Assembly: GCA_013115145.1 (NCBI GenBank)
Contig: JAAPAO010000051.1
Coordinates: forward strand, 1 to 64,000
Source: Perkinsus chesapeaki ATCC PRA-425
Taxonomy: Eukaryota; Protista; Perkinsozoa
Length of the DNA stretch: 64,000 nt
Reading direction: 5' to 3'
Shown: in pieces, positions 30,809 through 42,627 of the stretch
How positions within the stretch are numbered: the stretch's first letter is position 1
Layout of the letters: each line of letters begins with the position of its first letter
Position numbers and translations under genes: made by a program
Notes under the pieces: generated by a model
Database searches by the model: none
The model's input: only the letters and a program-made list of their open reading frames with translations
Told to the model about the DNA's origin: nothing

Positions 30809-32570
30809 ATGGAAAGGAGCCGCAGCCCACATCAAGTATCATTCTCGTAACAAGCGCTACGAGAACTTACATCCCTGCGTTAGGGACGGAGAAATAGTGG
30901 ACGGCGGAATAGTGGTCGAAGGGGTTCAAGAAGGAACTCGCGCGACTTGTTTCCAAATGGGTACTACTGGGGGTGTATAATGGTGTGTTGGACATAAGGT
31001 AGAGCGCCCGGGGCCAACGCCCTCAACCCTAATAATGCCAGAGAAGTACAGTCGATTCGTCGGCATTCCGCAGAAGTGGTTGACCTGACTGGCTTACCCT
31101 TCACCGCTGGTAAAGTAGACCGGTGATCTAATGACATAACGTTGGACAGCAGCTCCACGACCGAGCGTATTTAAGCGTATTGGGCAACGCGTGGTAGACA
31201 TGGTATCTACGGTAGCAAACCGGATTACTCTATGGTCTCCCACGGAACATACGGAGAGCCACATGGCCAAAGTACAGCAGCGAAGAGCTGAACTCTATCA
31301 CCAGGTGTGGTATACCGGTATGCCTGAAGTAAATGTCCTCGTCGTTCAGTGGCGTGACACACTGATTCTCTCCCTTATATTCATATGCGAGTCTCTGCCT
31401 TTCATAGTCGGTACGATTGTTGACCGCGGTAATGTCTCATTCGTCCACATCCAGGGTCCTATTCTGCATTACGAGATTGCTCAGCTCGATGTCAGTCCTT
31501 ACCACTTGTAGCTTCAGCCTTTTTGGGCACGGGAGCGAGCCTGTCGGCATTGAAAGTAACCATTTATTGAAGTTGCCGCAATACCGCCTGTGTGTAGTGT
31601 GCTTCGGAGAGCGCCATGGTATCCCTATTTAACGTGCTTTGGGGATCAGCCTCTCTATTCTGCTCCTTGTACGTCACATGAAGGTCGCCATGCGTCGTTA
31701 ATGATTGTACAGGTACGCGGGAATATGCCTACTTAGTTCGTCGGATTGCTCACCGTTCGAGGTTGGTTTCGTCGGATTAATGGCCTACAGCTGTTTTCTG
31801 TTAGAAATCTATAGGAGCCTTCATACCTGTCTTTCCCGCGTTCGGCACGGTAATGCCATACTAAACTCTAACATCAGCCTTCTGAAATGTTTTGCAGCTC
31901 CACGCCGCAGCACCGGAGTTACGAGTGGCCGTCGGGGACTCAATAAAGGATTATGTGAAGGAGGAGAAATTGCGGCAGAGCCAGCGAAAGTACTAACGGG
32001 TTTCCACTGGTCTTGCGGAATTTTGTGAGTAGGGCATACAACAGAAACGACAACCGCTCCCGGATTCATAGGATGTTCTTCAATTTACTATTGAAGACCA
32101 AAAGTGGGGAAGAGGGTGTCCTCTTGTAAGGATTTCACAGACACTATTTAAGATTGAAAACGACACCTAGGTACCGGGAAGAGATGGCCAGTCGAAGAGG
32201 ACGGCCAGGTGAGTCTCTTGACATTAAGTTTTCTGGTTTAAAATGTTATTCCCAGAATTCCGAGCAATGCGAACAAATCCGTCATTACCGACTGCTTCAC
32301 AGCCCGCTCTTGTTCATGGTGAGACAGTCACAGTGCTTAGGTAAGTCGTAATCATGTTAGCATGTTAATCATAGGGAGCTCGAGTATATTACCTGATGGC
32401 ATGGATGCTCGCATGTCGATCGACGCTTCTAGGAATACTGGAGCTGGTGACAGGATTAGTGGTAGAAAAAGGGAGATATTCCTTGTTTACATCAGCCTCC
32501 CGTAGGAGTCGGCCAGGCTCTTAAGGAACGTATTAACAACATGTTCTCCACGAAAGCCCAAGATAATTGA
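30809..32570 (+). CDS. Hypothetical multi-pass membrane protein with N-terminal RRxS repeats
   Basis: Consecutive GT-AG introns (mostly 40-48 nt) keep one frame: MERSRSPHQ-GRRNSGRRNSGRRGSRRNS...RRHS...WRDTLILSLIFICESLPFIVGTIV-ASAFLGTGASLSALK-CASESAMVSLFNVLWGSASLF. The 3' half is approximate. Confidence 0.6.
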
Positions 32571-32740
32571 GATGTGCTCATGGAGATGCTTAGCATAAAG
32601 CTTGCATGTACTCATTCGAGCAAAACCAGCGTGAGGGCTTCGCTAATGGATAGTTTTGAGTTATAGTAGGCTGCTACATCCATTTGGATGGGTCTCAAGT
32701 TGACATTACAGTTTAATATTAATTGTCATAGAAGAAAGTA

Positions 32741-35232
32741 ATGGACGGCTCCGGTGGCGGTGGGGACGGCGGGCTATCTGGATACATACCGACATATGAC
32801 TTTAATAAGCGGGAAGACTACGATTATCACGTTTCTTACGACTTTCTCGGAGGTGAGGCTTATTGGTCCGATTTAAAATGCGTATGTCTACGGTAATAGT
32901 GGAAGAGCATCTGGTGTGGATATACTGGTGATGATCAGGCCAGTTGGGCCGAGATGAACTGTCCGAGAAGCGAAAGAAGGACCGAAAGAAGGGAAGATAT
33001 GACATGAGACCCGTCAGCGCCCCCGATGACCAAGGTGAAGGTGACCGTTCTGAGTGCGATATAGTACTGTGGCATGTTAGCTCTGAAGAACCGGATAATA
33101 AAAACTGCAGAGGCCGTATGTAAAAGCAAGAATCCCGAGGGGCTTGAGAAAAAGATCAAGTAAAATAAGATTCCAGGAATGCTCTTCTATAAAGAAGAGC
33201 ATTGTGGTCAGGTGTAGCAAAGATCCTAAGATGCTCTTCATCCGAGATGACCATCACGAGGCTCATCAATATTATCTATGGGCAAAACACTGTATCAGCA
33301 GAGAAGTGAAGGACTGGGAAAGTATCACCCCCGAAAATGTAATAGGAAGCGATGCTGCAATCGAAGACATACGCGTGTGTAACTTAGGCCAGTACAAAAC
33401 GCAAGGAACAACAAACGGTGGAGTTGAATGAAAGCGAAGCTAACTTTTCCGTTGGTAAAGTCGGTCTTAGGCTCGTCTAGTTGACTTTTCCGCGGGGAGC
33501 AGGTACTCGAGTGGAAGTACTTGGATTGAAGAGCAAACCTGAGCTCAACGGGACTTGTGGTAGGCAGTGGATTGCACGGGACTTTCATTCGGGAAATAAC
33601 ATTCGATCAGGAACGGTTATTGGAAAGAACGCTAAGAGTGGTAGATTCGAAGTGAAGCTCGATAAGACAAATTCTATAATGGCGATTAAACCTGATAATC
33701 TGATGTACGCACCGGAGACCGCTGAGGAAGTGGCAGAGAGAAAAAAGAAGCAGAAGGAATCTGGAGTAATTTGGTTTGTGTACCAGTTGTGGGTATTTAT
33801 CATCCTACAGATACTCCCCGATGGGTGTCTCGTTCATGCAGCTGGACTGAAGAGTGCAAGTGCAACGTAATTTTATAAGTGTTAGCCTAGGCAATAGTTA
33901 CGTGTTAGGTGGATTAATGGACAGGAAGGTATTGTAGTTGGATGGAACCCAGACAAGAAGCGCTATGATATCAAGCTTAACTGTGACGGCTCTATCAAGC
34001 AGCTGAAACCTGTAATGGTTTGTATGTCTCGGATCGCCGAGGATGGTATGTAATGTAGGAAAATGTTAAAGTGAAGTTACCAGAGGGGTGGACAGAGTAT
34101 TGGGATGAAGATCAACAGCGACATTATTACGTTGAAAATGCTACTCAAAAGGTAAATTATGTAATGACACAAGTGTTGGAGATATTTATGATTTGCAGGT
34201 GACGTGGAAGCACCCAGTATTCCACACAGGAGATGCTGAGATAGGGTCCAAGCCGGTTATGCAGGTATACTGGTGGAGTAGAGAATCTTCGATCACGCAT
34301 CTCTAATGTAGGAACACGCTGATCTGGGAGAAGAAGGAGAGACAGGTGAAGGCGCGGAGGAGACTGGTGAGCCATTGCCAGAGTCCGATGATGACAGCAG
34401 CGAGGATGACCTGGAGGATGAGGAGGCCTTGTAATAAGCGAGGGTTATTGATCGCTGTACTGCTTATCTTCATCGGCAGACGAGATCAAGGAGCTGGACT
34501 TGGAGCATTCGAGCCGAAGTATAAAAAAGTGCGATATACCGCAGAAGGATACGATCCTACTAAGACGAAGAATGACCGTATGACATTTTATAGGAACTGG
34601 GTTTATTAGCCTTTGTATGTCTCAGCTACTTTAACGTCTCTGGTGTCCCTCCAAAACAGGATGAATAAGATTCGAGCACACTTACTCCCGGATCACGCTG
34701 ATGCTGTTCGTCCAATCACTCCAACAGCGGTGAAGTAGTACTTCTCTGCCGCCGCCGTTTGTATACCTCTCATCAGGCAAAACCTCAGTGGTCCCTTGTT
34801 ATGTACCAAATTGGAAGGTTTAATGAAGGATATCGACGAACTCTCTACACCCTTGCAATGTAGGACGAATACTACGTGTCAATTACTTACTATTGTCCGA
34901 TAGCTACTGGTACACATTGGTCACAGCTGACCCCGCTCGGTTGTGAATTTGCTGATACATTCCTGGTCGCAATAGAGAAGCAGGTAATTACTATGGGAGG
35001 TGCGCTGGATTGCATACGTATTGTATGATTTTAGATGAACGAAATGGCTCTGCAGAGTGCCATCAAGAATCGTCTGCAGTTGCTAAATAGAATGCTACTC
35101 GCATTACAGAACTCGCAGTCGCCGGTACGCTCTTTCGTGTGGTGTCCAGCTTTGAAGGTGCTTTTATGTTAGACCGACCTTCGGCCCTATGTTGAGCAGT
35201 GTTGCGGAGCCCTGAAGATGATGCTTTTCTAG
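32741..35232 (+). CDS. WW-domain protein with two tandem SH3/KOW-like barrels and a helical C-terminus (could be two genes)
   Basis: LPEGWTEYWDEDQQRHYYVENATQK-VTWKHP (WW); two copies of a VxxxGLKS...NG..G.V...R..+KL....+KP.N motif; acidic linker. Confidence 0.7.
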
Positions 35233-35367
35233 TATATTGTTCCTACCATATCGTGTTGCGCTATTGTGGATGCCAACGGTTCAATTTCATCCTGTATCAT
35301 TTTGTCCCCGCAGTGGTATCCTTGCTGCTTTCGGCCTTCGTCTTAACAAACAGCCGGACTTATCAAG

Positions 35368-38300
35368 ATGCCGCCTAAACAAGATAAGTTCGCGGTCAAG
35401 AATGCGACTGCTAACCCGCAGCAGATCACAGCCGAGCAGATCTTGAGGGAAGCCGTAGAGCGAATGGGCGATGTAAGAGCATCCAGGGCAAATGGTTTTG
35501 ATTGTGTGCTTTGTAGCAACGCCCGGGACCTTCCCGAAAGATCGCCAGCAAGGAAGAGCTTGCGGACTATAAGTAAAATACGCTGCGAACATCGAGATAA
35601 TTGATATGCTCATTCTGCCCTCTCAGAGTCAGCAAACGGAAGGAATTTGAAGACACTTTGCGAAGGCAGCGACACCATATGGGCACCTGGATCAAGTGGG
35701 AGGATTTTCATACTTCTTTCAACGTATTAACACTAACCCATCAGATACGCTCAATGGGAAGAGTCACAAGAAGAATTCCGTAGAGCCCGATCGGTGTTTG
35801 AGCGTGCTCTGCAGATCGACTATCGTAATTCCTCTATATGGCTGAAGTATATAGAGATGGAAATGAAACACAAGTTCGTTGCTCATGCAAGAAACTTGTA
35901 AATGGCGAATCGTCCTTCCCATCGCTGATTGGCCAATTGTTCAGATTCGACAGAGTGACCAGTCTGTTGCCCCGCCATGACCAGTTCTGGTACAAGTATG
36001 CCTACATGGAGGAACTACTCATGGATTATGCTGCAGCAAGGAAGGTTCGACAATATATCTGTTTCTGGCTGGATTTACAGTGTGGCCCTAACAGGTGTAC
36101 GAGAGATGGATGCAATGGCAACCGGGTGATAATGCTTGGCTACAATATATCAAGTTCGAGTTGCGCTGCCACGAGGTTGACAGGGCTAGAGCTCTCTATG
36201 AAAGGTAAACTAATGAATAGCGTATCGGTTAGTCTTATCCACTTCTTGTCAAAGGTATGTGTCACAAATTCAGACAGTGATGTCATTTACCCGGTTAGCG
36301 AAGTTTGAGGAAATGCATGGAAATAACGTGAGAAAAAGGGCCTAGGGACGGATAACTCAAATGGAGTCTAACCAGGTGCGAGCCCGTGCTGGATATCAGA
36401 CTTGTCACGATACTCTGAAAGACGACCTTGGACCGGAGGGTATCACAGAGGACCTGTAGGACTAAAAATACAAAGTTTTATGGCATTGCTTATCCATGTA
36501 GATACGTAAAATGGGCATCATTCGAGCAACGCGCATCCAGAGACGATCCTTCAGCAGCTGCAAAAGTTTACAAGCTTGGCATTGACACTTTGCCACCTGA
36601 ACGAACTGCCAACTTAAGGGACAAATATGCCAAGTATGTGTTTTTTCTGAACGATTATTCTACAGTAAACTACTAAGGTACATGAAACAAAAAGGAACCC
36701 GTACAGATATCGAAAGGCTCTTGTTGGAAAAGTGCAGGCTGAAATATGAGAAACAGCTGTCTGAAGCCGACGGTGTCGATGTTGATATCTGGATCAACTA
36801 CGTGGGAATAGACACTGGAAAACAATGGGTTGCCAGCTGGTGTACTGCAGATTCTACTCGAGGAGAACATGGGAGACTCTGTGGCTCAATGCCGTGAAAT
36901 ATACGAAAGAGCTATTGCTGCTGCCTTACCTCCTGAGCAAGCTACGCCTAAGGGAAGGAAGGACCTGTATAGGCGATATGTGTAAGGGCTCATCGCGGAA
37001 TGAATCAAAGGGGCTTACAATCCCTTCTCAGTACTCATCCATGCTCTGTTAGGTACATCTGGCTCTTCTACGCTAACTACGAGGAGTCTCTCATTCAGTC
37101 CGGTGAATCGAGTGCTGAAAGAGTACGCGAGGTGTAAGTGGCTGATTAGTTATTTCTGCTTGGAGCGTTCGTTTCTGATAAAACCTCGGTTGATATCAGG
37201 TATCATACAGCTCTAGGACTCTTCCGATCACGAAAGATCTATTTCAGCAAACTTTATAATGCTTATGCGGAGTTTGAAATTCGCCAGATGGACGTCGGCC
37301 GCGCAAGGCTTGTGTAAGTTTTGTACAAATAAAGCTATGCCGCAACGTTTGGTGACGTTGACTATTACATCACAGGTATGGCCGCGCGATCGGCGAGTCC
37401 AAGAAGGCATCCGTGTTCCGGTCGTACATACAGTTTGAGTTCAATCTAGGTCAAGTGGACAGGGCTAGGAGGATCTGTGCAAGGTAGGACAGGCTTACGC
37501 TCTGCAATATGCCAACGTCTCTGGCGGTAGTTACGTTGCTGCTCACTCGTTGGAGGCCTCCTCTTGGGTATGCTGGATGGATTTGGAGATGAAGCTATCA
37601 GAGGTTGATCGAGCGCGCAAGCTAGGAGAGATGGCCATTAAAGTAAAACCAGTTCGCGGTTCCTAGCTACATTCGAAATCCTTTCTCTATTTTCAGCTCG
37701 CAGATGAGTCGGCCTCTGACGAAAGTGAAGAGGTTATGAACGAGCCTGAGCTCATTTGGAAGAAGTGTATAGATATAGAAATAGAGCAAGATGAAATGGA
37801 GAACGCTAGGTATGCTATAACAGGTTTATACAGTTGCTGTGTAACGCTGCATTTCATAGGGATTTATTCGAGAGGCTTCTTGACCGCACCACCCACGTGA
37901 AGGTTTGGAGGTCCTACGCAGACTTCGAGCTCAAGCACGGGGATCAGTCATTCGCTAAGGCTAAGGAAGTAAGACCCTCTTCCTCCGTTCGTCAATACTG
38001 GGAATTTCCCTCCTGCAAGTGCTTCGTTCATATGCTCGCATTCGCATTCTCTCGCCAAGGTCCTGGAACGAGGTGCCGCCGAGGCCAAGAAGGATGATGA
38101 CCCAGAGTCACGGAGGTTGTTGCTCGAGTATATGTTGAAGCTAGCAAAGGATGCGAAATATGAGTAAAGAATCATCGACCAAATTCGGCTAATCCGACTA
38201 TTGTATCCAGTGACATCGCTGATATCGAGCGTCGTCAACCGAAGGCCGTCAAGCACAAGGGAAGAGTCGACCAGAGTCATGGTGGAGGCGAAGAAGCTGG

Positions 38301-38539
38301 GGAAGAAGATACTGTACGCTACTGCCGGGGTCTACTCTGGTCTGCTCTTAGGCAAAGCACGTGGGCCCTCTTCAGGTTATGGTCACAGTATGGGAGTTCC
38401 CTGATGACCAAATCGCTGGAGAGGCTGCAAAGAAGCCAAAGATCAAACTGCTGGAAGCTGCTAAAATGTTCAAGAAGATGCGACTATCTGAACAATCTGG
38501 CGGGGGTACTCATCTATAAGATTGCCAGTACACAACTGA
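35368..38539 (+). CDS. CRNKL1: Crooked-neck / CRNKL1 / Clf1 HAT-repeat splicing factor
   Basis: [124 protein letters not shown]. Confidence 0.96.
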
Positions 38540-38844
38540 GGAGTTTCCAACGTACGTGTTACACCGCGTTGATTTTGCGAGGAGTTTGTAACAACCTTTG
38601 AGCTGATCTACGACCGAATAGAGCCGAGAGAGATCACCAGCTTGATAAATTGCCATCAACCAATTAAATGGCGATTGGCGTATAACCCGTTGGCATCACT
38701 TTCGTACGCGGAGCAGAACTGCTGCAAACTCCGAAAACGCAACCTTATTTTGAAATAGCGTAATAAAGTCCTATGGCGGTTTTGGCGAGTAAAGCCTATG
38801 CAGTATGTGTACCACTAAGTCTTGCTTCTTCTTTCTAATACGTT

Positions 38845-41429
38845 TCAAGTGTTCAGCCTGATATCAACTATATCTAGCTGACACTCGCCCCTGTGCATCG
38901 CTTACGTCTACGCGGTGCCAAGCATTTTGATGTTGCCTGGAAATAGCACCAATAATCCTATCATCTATCAGATCTATCACATCCTCCGGCCTGAGTCGAG
39001 GACTCCTGAGAAACTCGAGATTGCAGAGATGATTTGTACGTAACAGCATACCCCTCAGGCATTCGTTGAACGATATCCGTGAGTAAGGCCTGAACCGCTT
39101 CGAAGTGCATCGGAGCTACGCCAAGGCTTTCGCATTTGGCTCTGTCAGCAGTCGGCAACTCCTCGTAATGGGGCAACGACCCCGCTGTCCTAAGGACGAT
39201 AGGAATAAACTTGAAAAACAAATCAATGCCATGCTACCAGGTCGATGAAGCGCTCCCGCCGTCCAATGGCATCATCTGTGACCTCGAGAGAGTTGCATTA
39301 TCAGTGTAGACATAAGCGGTGTTTGCATTGCACCGCCTAAGATCTCATAATGCACGACACAGTGAAAGCCAAGCTTTACTTCATGGTGTCACGTCTAACT
39401 TTCTCAACCTGGAGGTATCTTTGATAATCTTTCTCATCTCCACACCCCTTTAACCTCCTATCCGTTCGCATATCCAATTCCTAGCATGTATCGTATCAGT
39501 ACCAGATGATGCGTTTGAAAAATACCTTTTGCAGCTTGAACTCGCGGCTCAAGCCCGTGGCCATACGACTTAAAACTTCATCGGCTGTCTCATCTATAGC
39601 GGGTGCAAAGATCTTCAGTCGCTCGAATATCAACTGACAGGACAAGGTACCCGAGGGTACAGCACATACCAGCACACACCTTCTCTTCTGTTTTTCGCCT
39701 CTTGCAAGTAGACTGGTACTCAGCGAAGTTTGCTCCGACGTTATACATGAAGCTTGGACGGTCGTGTGGATGAACAAGTATATTTTTTCTTCGTTCTCGC
39801 TCTGTCACCTACAAATGCAGAAGCAACTCTGAATCGGGTCCTGTCAAGTTCACGGACCAGTTGATGGTAGGCCATCATTATACGACCGTGCCTTTCAGTT
39901 TCGGGATCATTCATATTAGGCAACTTGTCCGTTTGATTTGCGCTGATCAACTCTGCTATGAGGCTCTCAGCGTCCGGATTCCAGTCGTTTTCGAACTCGT
40001 CTCGATAGACACTACATCTGAGAGTTCAGGTATTCCGATAAAGGAACAGGCAAGCTGTGAGCAAAAACATACTTTAGGAACTCATTGATATCGGGAATCT
40101 CTTTCAATTTTCCACGCCCTCCAGCCAGGTGAGGCAATACTGTTAAGGACGCTTGATTAGTCGCCGGATCTGCATCAGTAACATTGAAATACCGCATGTT
40201 GAGTACCAGTACCTGGCTCGGGCGATGGAGAATTGAATTTCCCATCGGGACTCGAGGGGGCAGGGAAGCTATTTGTATCACTGGCCGCAGGAGAATGGTC
40301 TCCTACAATAAAAATCTCAGTTTTCCTGCAAGCGTTGGATCTTCCTAGAACCTGTGGTTACAGCATCTGCATCACTGTCTCGCGGTGTCGGGCTTGGCGA
40401 GGAGGTAGACTTCTGCTGCATGGTCGAATTGAAGCTGACGAGATAACGCAAGTAGCAGGTAGTTTTGTGTTACTAGTTTGATATATTATTTATGCACTTT
40501 TCCACTTGACCCTCAGAGATATGCCGTAAGTTAGCACCACCAATGTTAGCACACTGCTGTATTATCCTCTCAAGATGAAGAGGGTGTCTAAAAAATAACA
40601 AACGAGCTCAACTATTTACCATAGCGCTACGTACTTTTCACTCGTGCCAGCCCCACCAATGACTCCCATTAGCCCGACAATTTCACGTTTATTGAGTTTT
40701 AGCCTTAGATGCGGTACCGTTCCTCCGCCTACTGGGGGAATGCCGCCTAGCAAAGGTTATCCACTTATCAAATGCTGTACGCTTACCAGGAAATCTAGGG
40801 CTCTTGGAAGGATAAGGTTCTTGATACTCTCGCTGCCGCGGATTCGCTGGGCTGCTGCCAGCAAACCCTGTACTTGTCGAGAGCTGCCGTCCGCGGAACT
40901 CGTTACCGATACGAGGTACGACATAGTATCTACGACACTTGAGCTGCACCTATAAGCAATGAAACATCAGGTCGTACTTGTGTGTCCTTAAATGTGTCCC
41001 AAACTCGACGCCATTAGCGAAACACTTAACACATAGGCAGATTCTGCCGGCCTCCTTGGGACACTCTGCACACACAATGTAGGCGTTGGAAGTTAGTCCT
41101 GAGAGATTAAGCATCCTTATAATTGAGAACGCTTAGGGCTTACTGAAGTTCAGTCGGCAAGACTCGCATACTGCCTTGTCCCCGAGGACATCAGCGAGGT
41201 CACCGACGTTCATCCAAGGAGGCATGAACGATGGATGGTGGTCGGCATTATCCTTCTCAGTTTTATGATCATCGGCTGGTTGGTCGTCGTCGTTTGTTCC
41301 TTTTCTATTGCTGAGATCTTGTGCTCTAGCTTTCCCTCGGTTCTCCGGCTCTGGCTCTGGTGAGATACTCCTACCGGCTCTGCCGCGAGTGGATCGACGA
41401 GGAGTGATGTGTGTGTCAAGGCCATCCAT
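38845..41429 (-). CDS. ADA2-like transcriptional adaptor (ZZ zinc finger, ADA box, SWIRM)
   Basis: ZZ: AVCESC...YIVCAECPKEAGRICLCVKCFANGVEFGTHLRTHKY; ADA box YRDEFENDWNPDAESLIAEL...RERRKNIL; SWIRM-like LPHYEELPTADRAKCESLGVAPMHF. The SANT region was not resolved. Confidence 0.8.
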
Positions 41430-41589
41430 CCTACCAGAACATTCTCTTTCCCAAAAGATACACAAAAATAGCTTGAACACAACACGGTGATTGTTACACA
41501 TCATTGCACTTCACTCGAATACATGAGAATACTTCATTTCGTACGATTCAAAGTGCTGTAGTTGTATTGTCTCAGGCGGATGTAGTTGT

Positions 41590-42623
41590 CACTATCCTGC
41601 CATGCGGGGGTTCAGAGCATCCTTGATGGCGAATATAGTAGCGCGCTTAGCTTGGCCCGCCTTCTCGAGCTCGTTGGAAGCTCCCAGTGCGTATCTTTAA
41701 GGAAAAGTCGACCCAGGCTGAAACGTAGGTATTCCCTGTCTTACTGTTTGGTTTTTATGCTCTTCACGTCAGAATGGCCTCTCCTGACAATATTCCTCAA
41801 GGTGTCCTTCACACCCGATACTCTATGTATGATGCTTCGCCGACCTCGAACGCTCGCTTATAATGTTAGGTCGAATAACTCTTTTCGCTCACCTCCATCA
41901 GATGGTACTTTACATCCCGCGGGGCCGGTTTGTACTTCATGCTCTCTGTGCGAAGCTACTAATCGGTCCATGCCAGGAGGACTAAGAGCCCCTGCTGTAG
42001 GACTGCGAAGAGTACCCCAAGGAATAGTAGGAATCTTCATAATGGACAACTGGCACATTGGAATTTTAGTTACTTACAGAAGGATTATCTAACAGTCCAT
42101 AGTCGTCACTTGATGCAATGTGCTCAGGCCGTGGGGTTGGAAGCCGCCCCTGCGAGAATAAAGTTCTCCCGAGGAGGGAGCTTGTAAGTAAGCTACATCA
42201 AGGGAGGCGGCACGGAGTGATATCGGACCTTTACCGCTGAAGTACGGTTCATCTAGCTCTCGCTGACGGCCTGTCGTTACATTCCATAGTCGCGGTCTGA
42301 ACATGTCGCCTCGCAAGGTTGTACTAGAACAGGATCCATTCACCGAAAGTCGACTTCAAAAGCTATTCGTCCGCGAACATTGGCCCTAAGAGCTCGGTCT
42401 ATTCGTATAGGGTCCGCTGAGACGGTTGCTTCTCGTAGATGAGCAAACGGAAGGAACACGAAGCCCTGAACCCCATGGGCTTTGTCTGAAAAGCAACACG
42501 AGTACTACTTACCAATGGAATGTGACCCTTATGGAGGGGCACTGGAGGCTCTGGAATGTCTGCAAAGCCCCCTAAAGAAAGCTGTAGCCTTGCATTCAGC
42601 ACTGCCAACTTCCGTCTACTCAT
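41590..42623 (-). CDS. Hypothetical protein, multi-exon
   Basis: Minus-strand gtaagt donors and open exon frames (MSRRKLAVLNARLQLS..., GVKDTLRNIVRRGHSD, GRLFLKDTHWELP); exon linkage is ambiguous and no domain was recognised. Confidence 0.35.
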
Positions 42624-42627
42624 CAAA

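Noticed and set aside
31847-31858. Minus-strand LVWHYR, like trehalose phosphatase
   Set aside because: The frame closes quickly; the plus strand gives a consistent spliced gene here.
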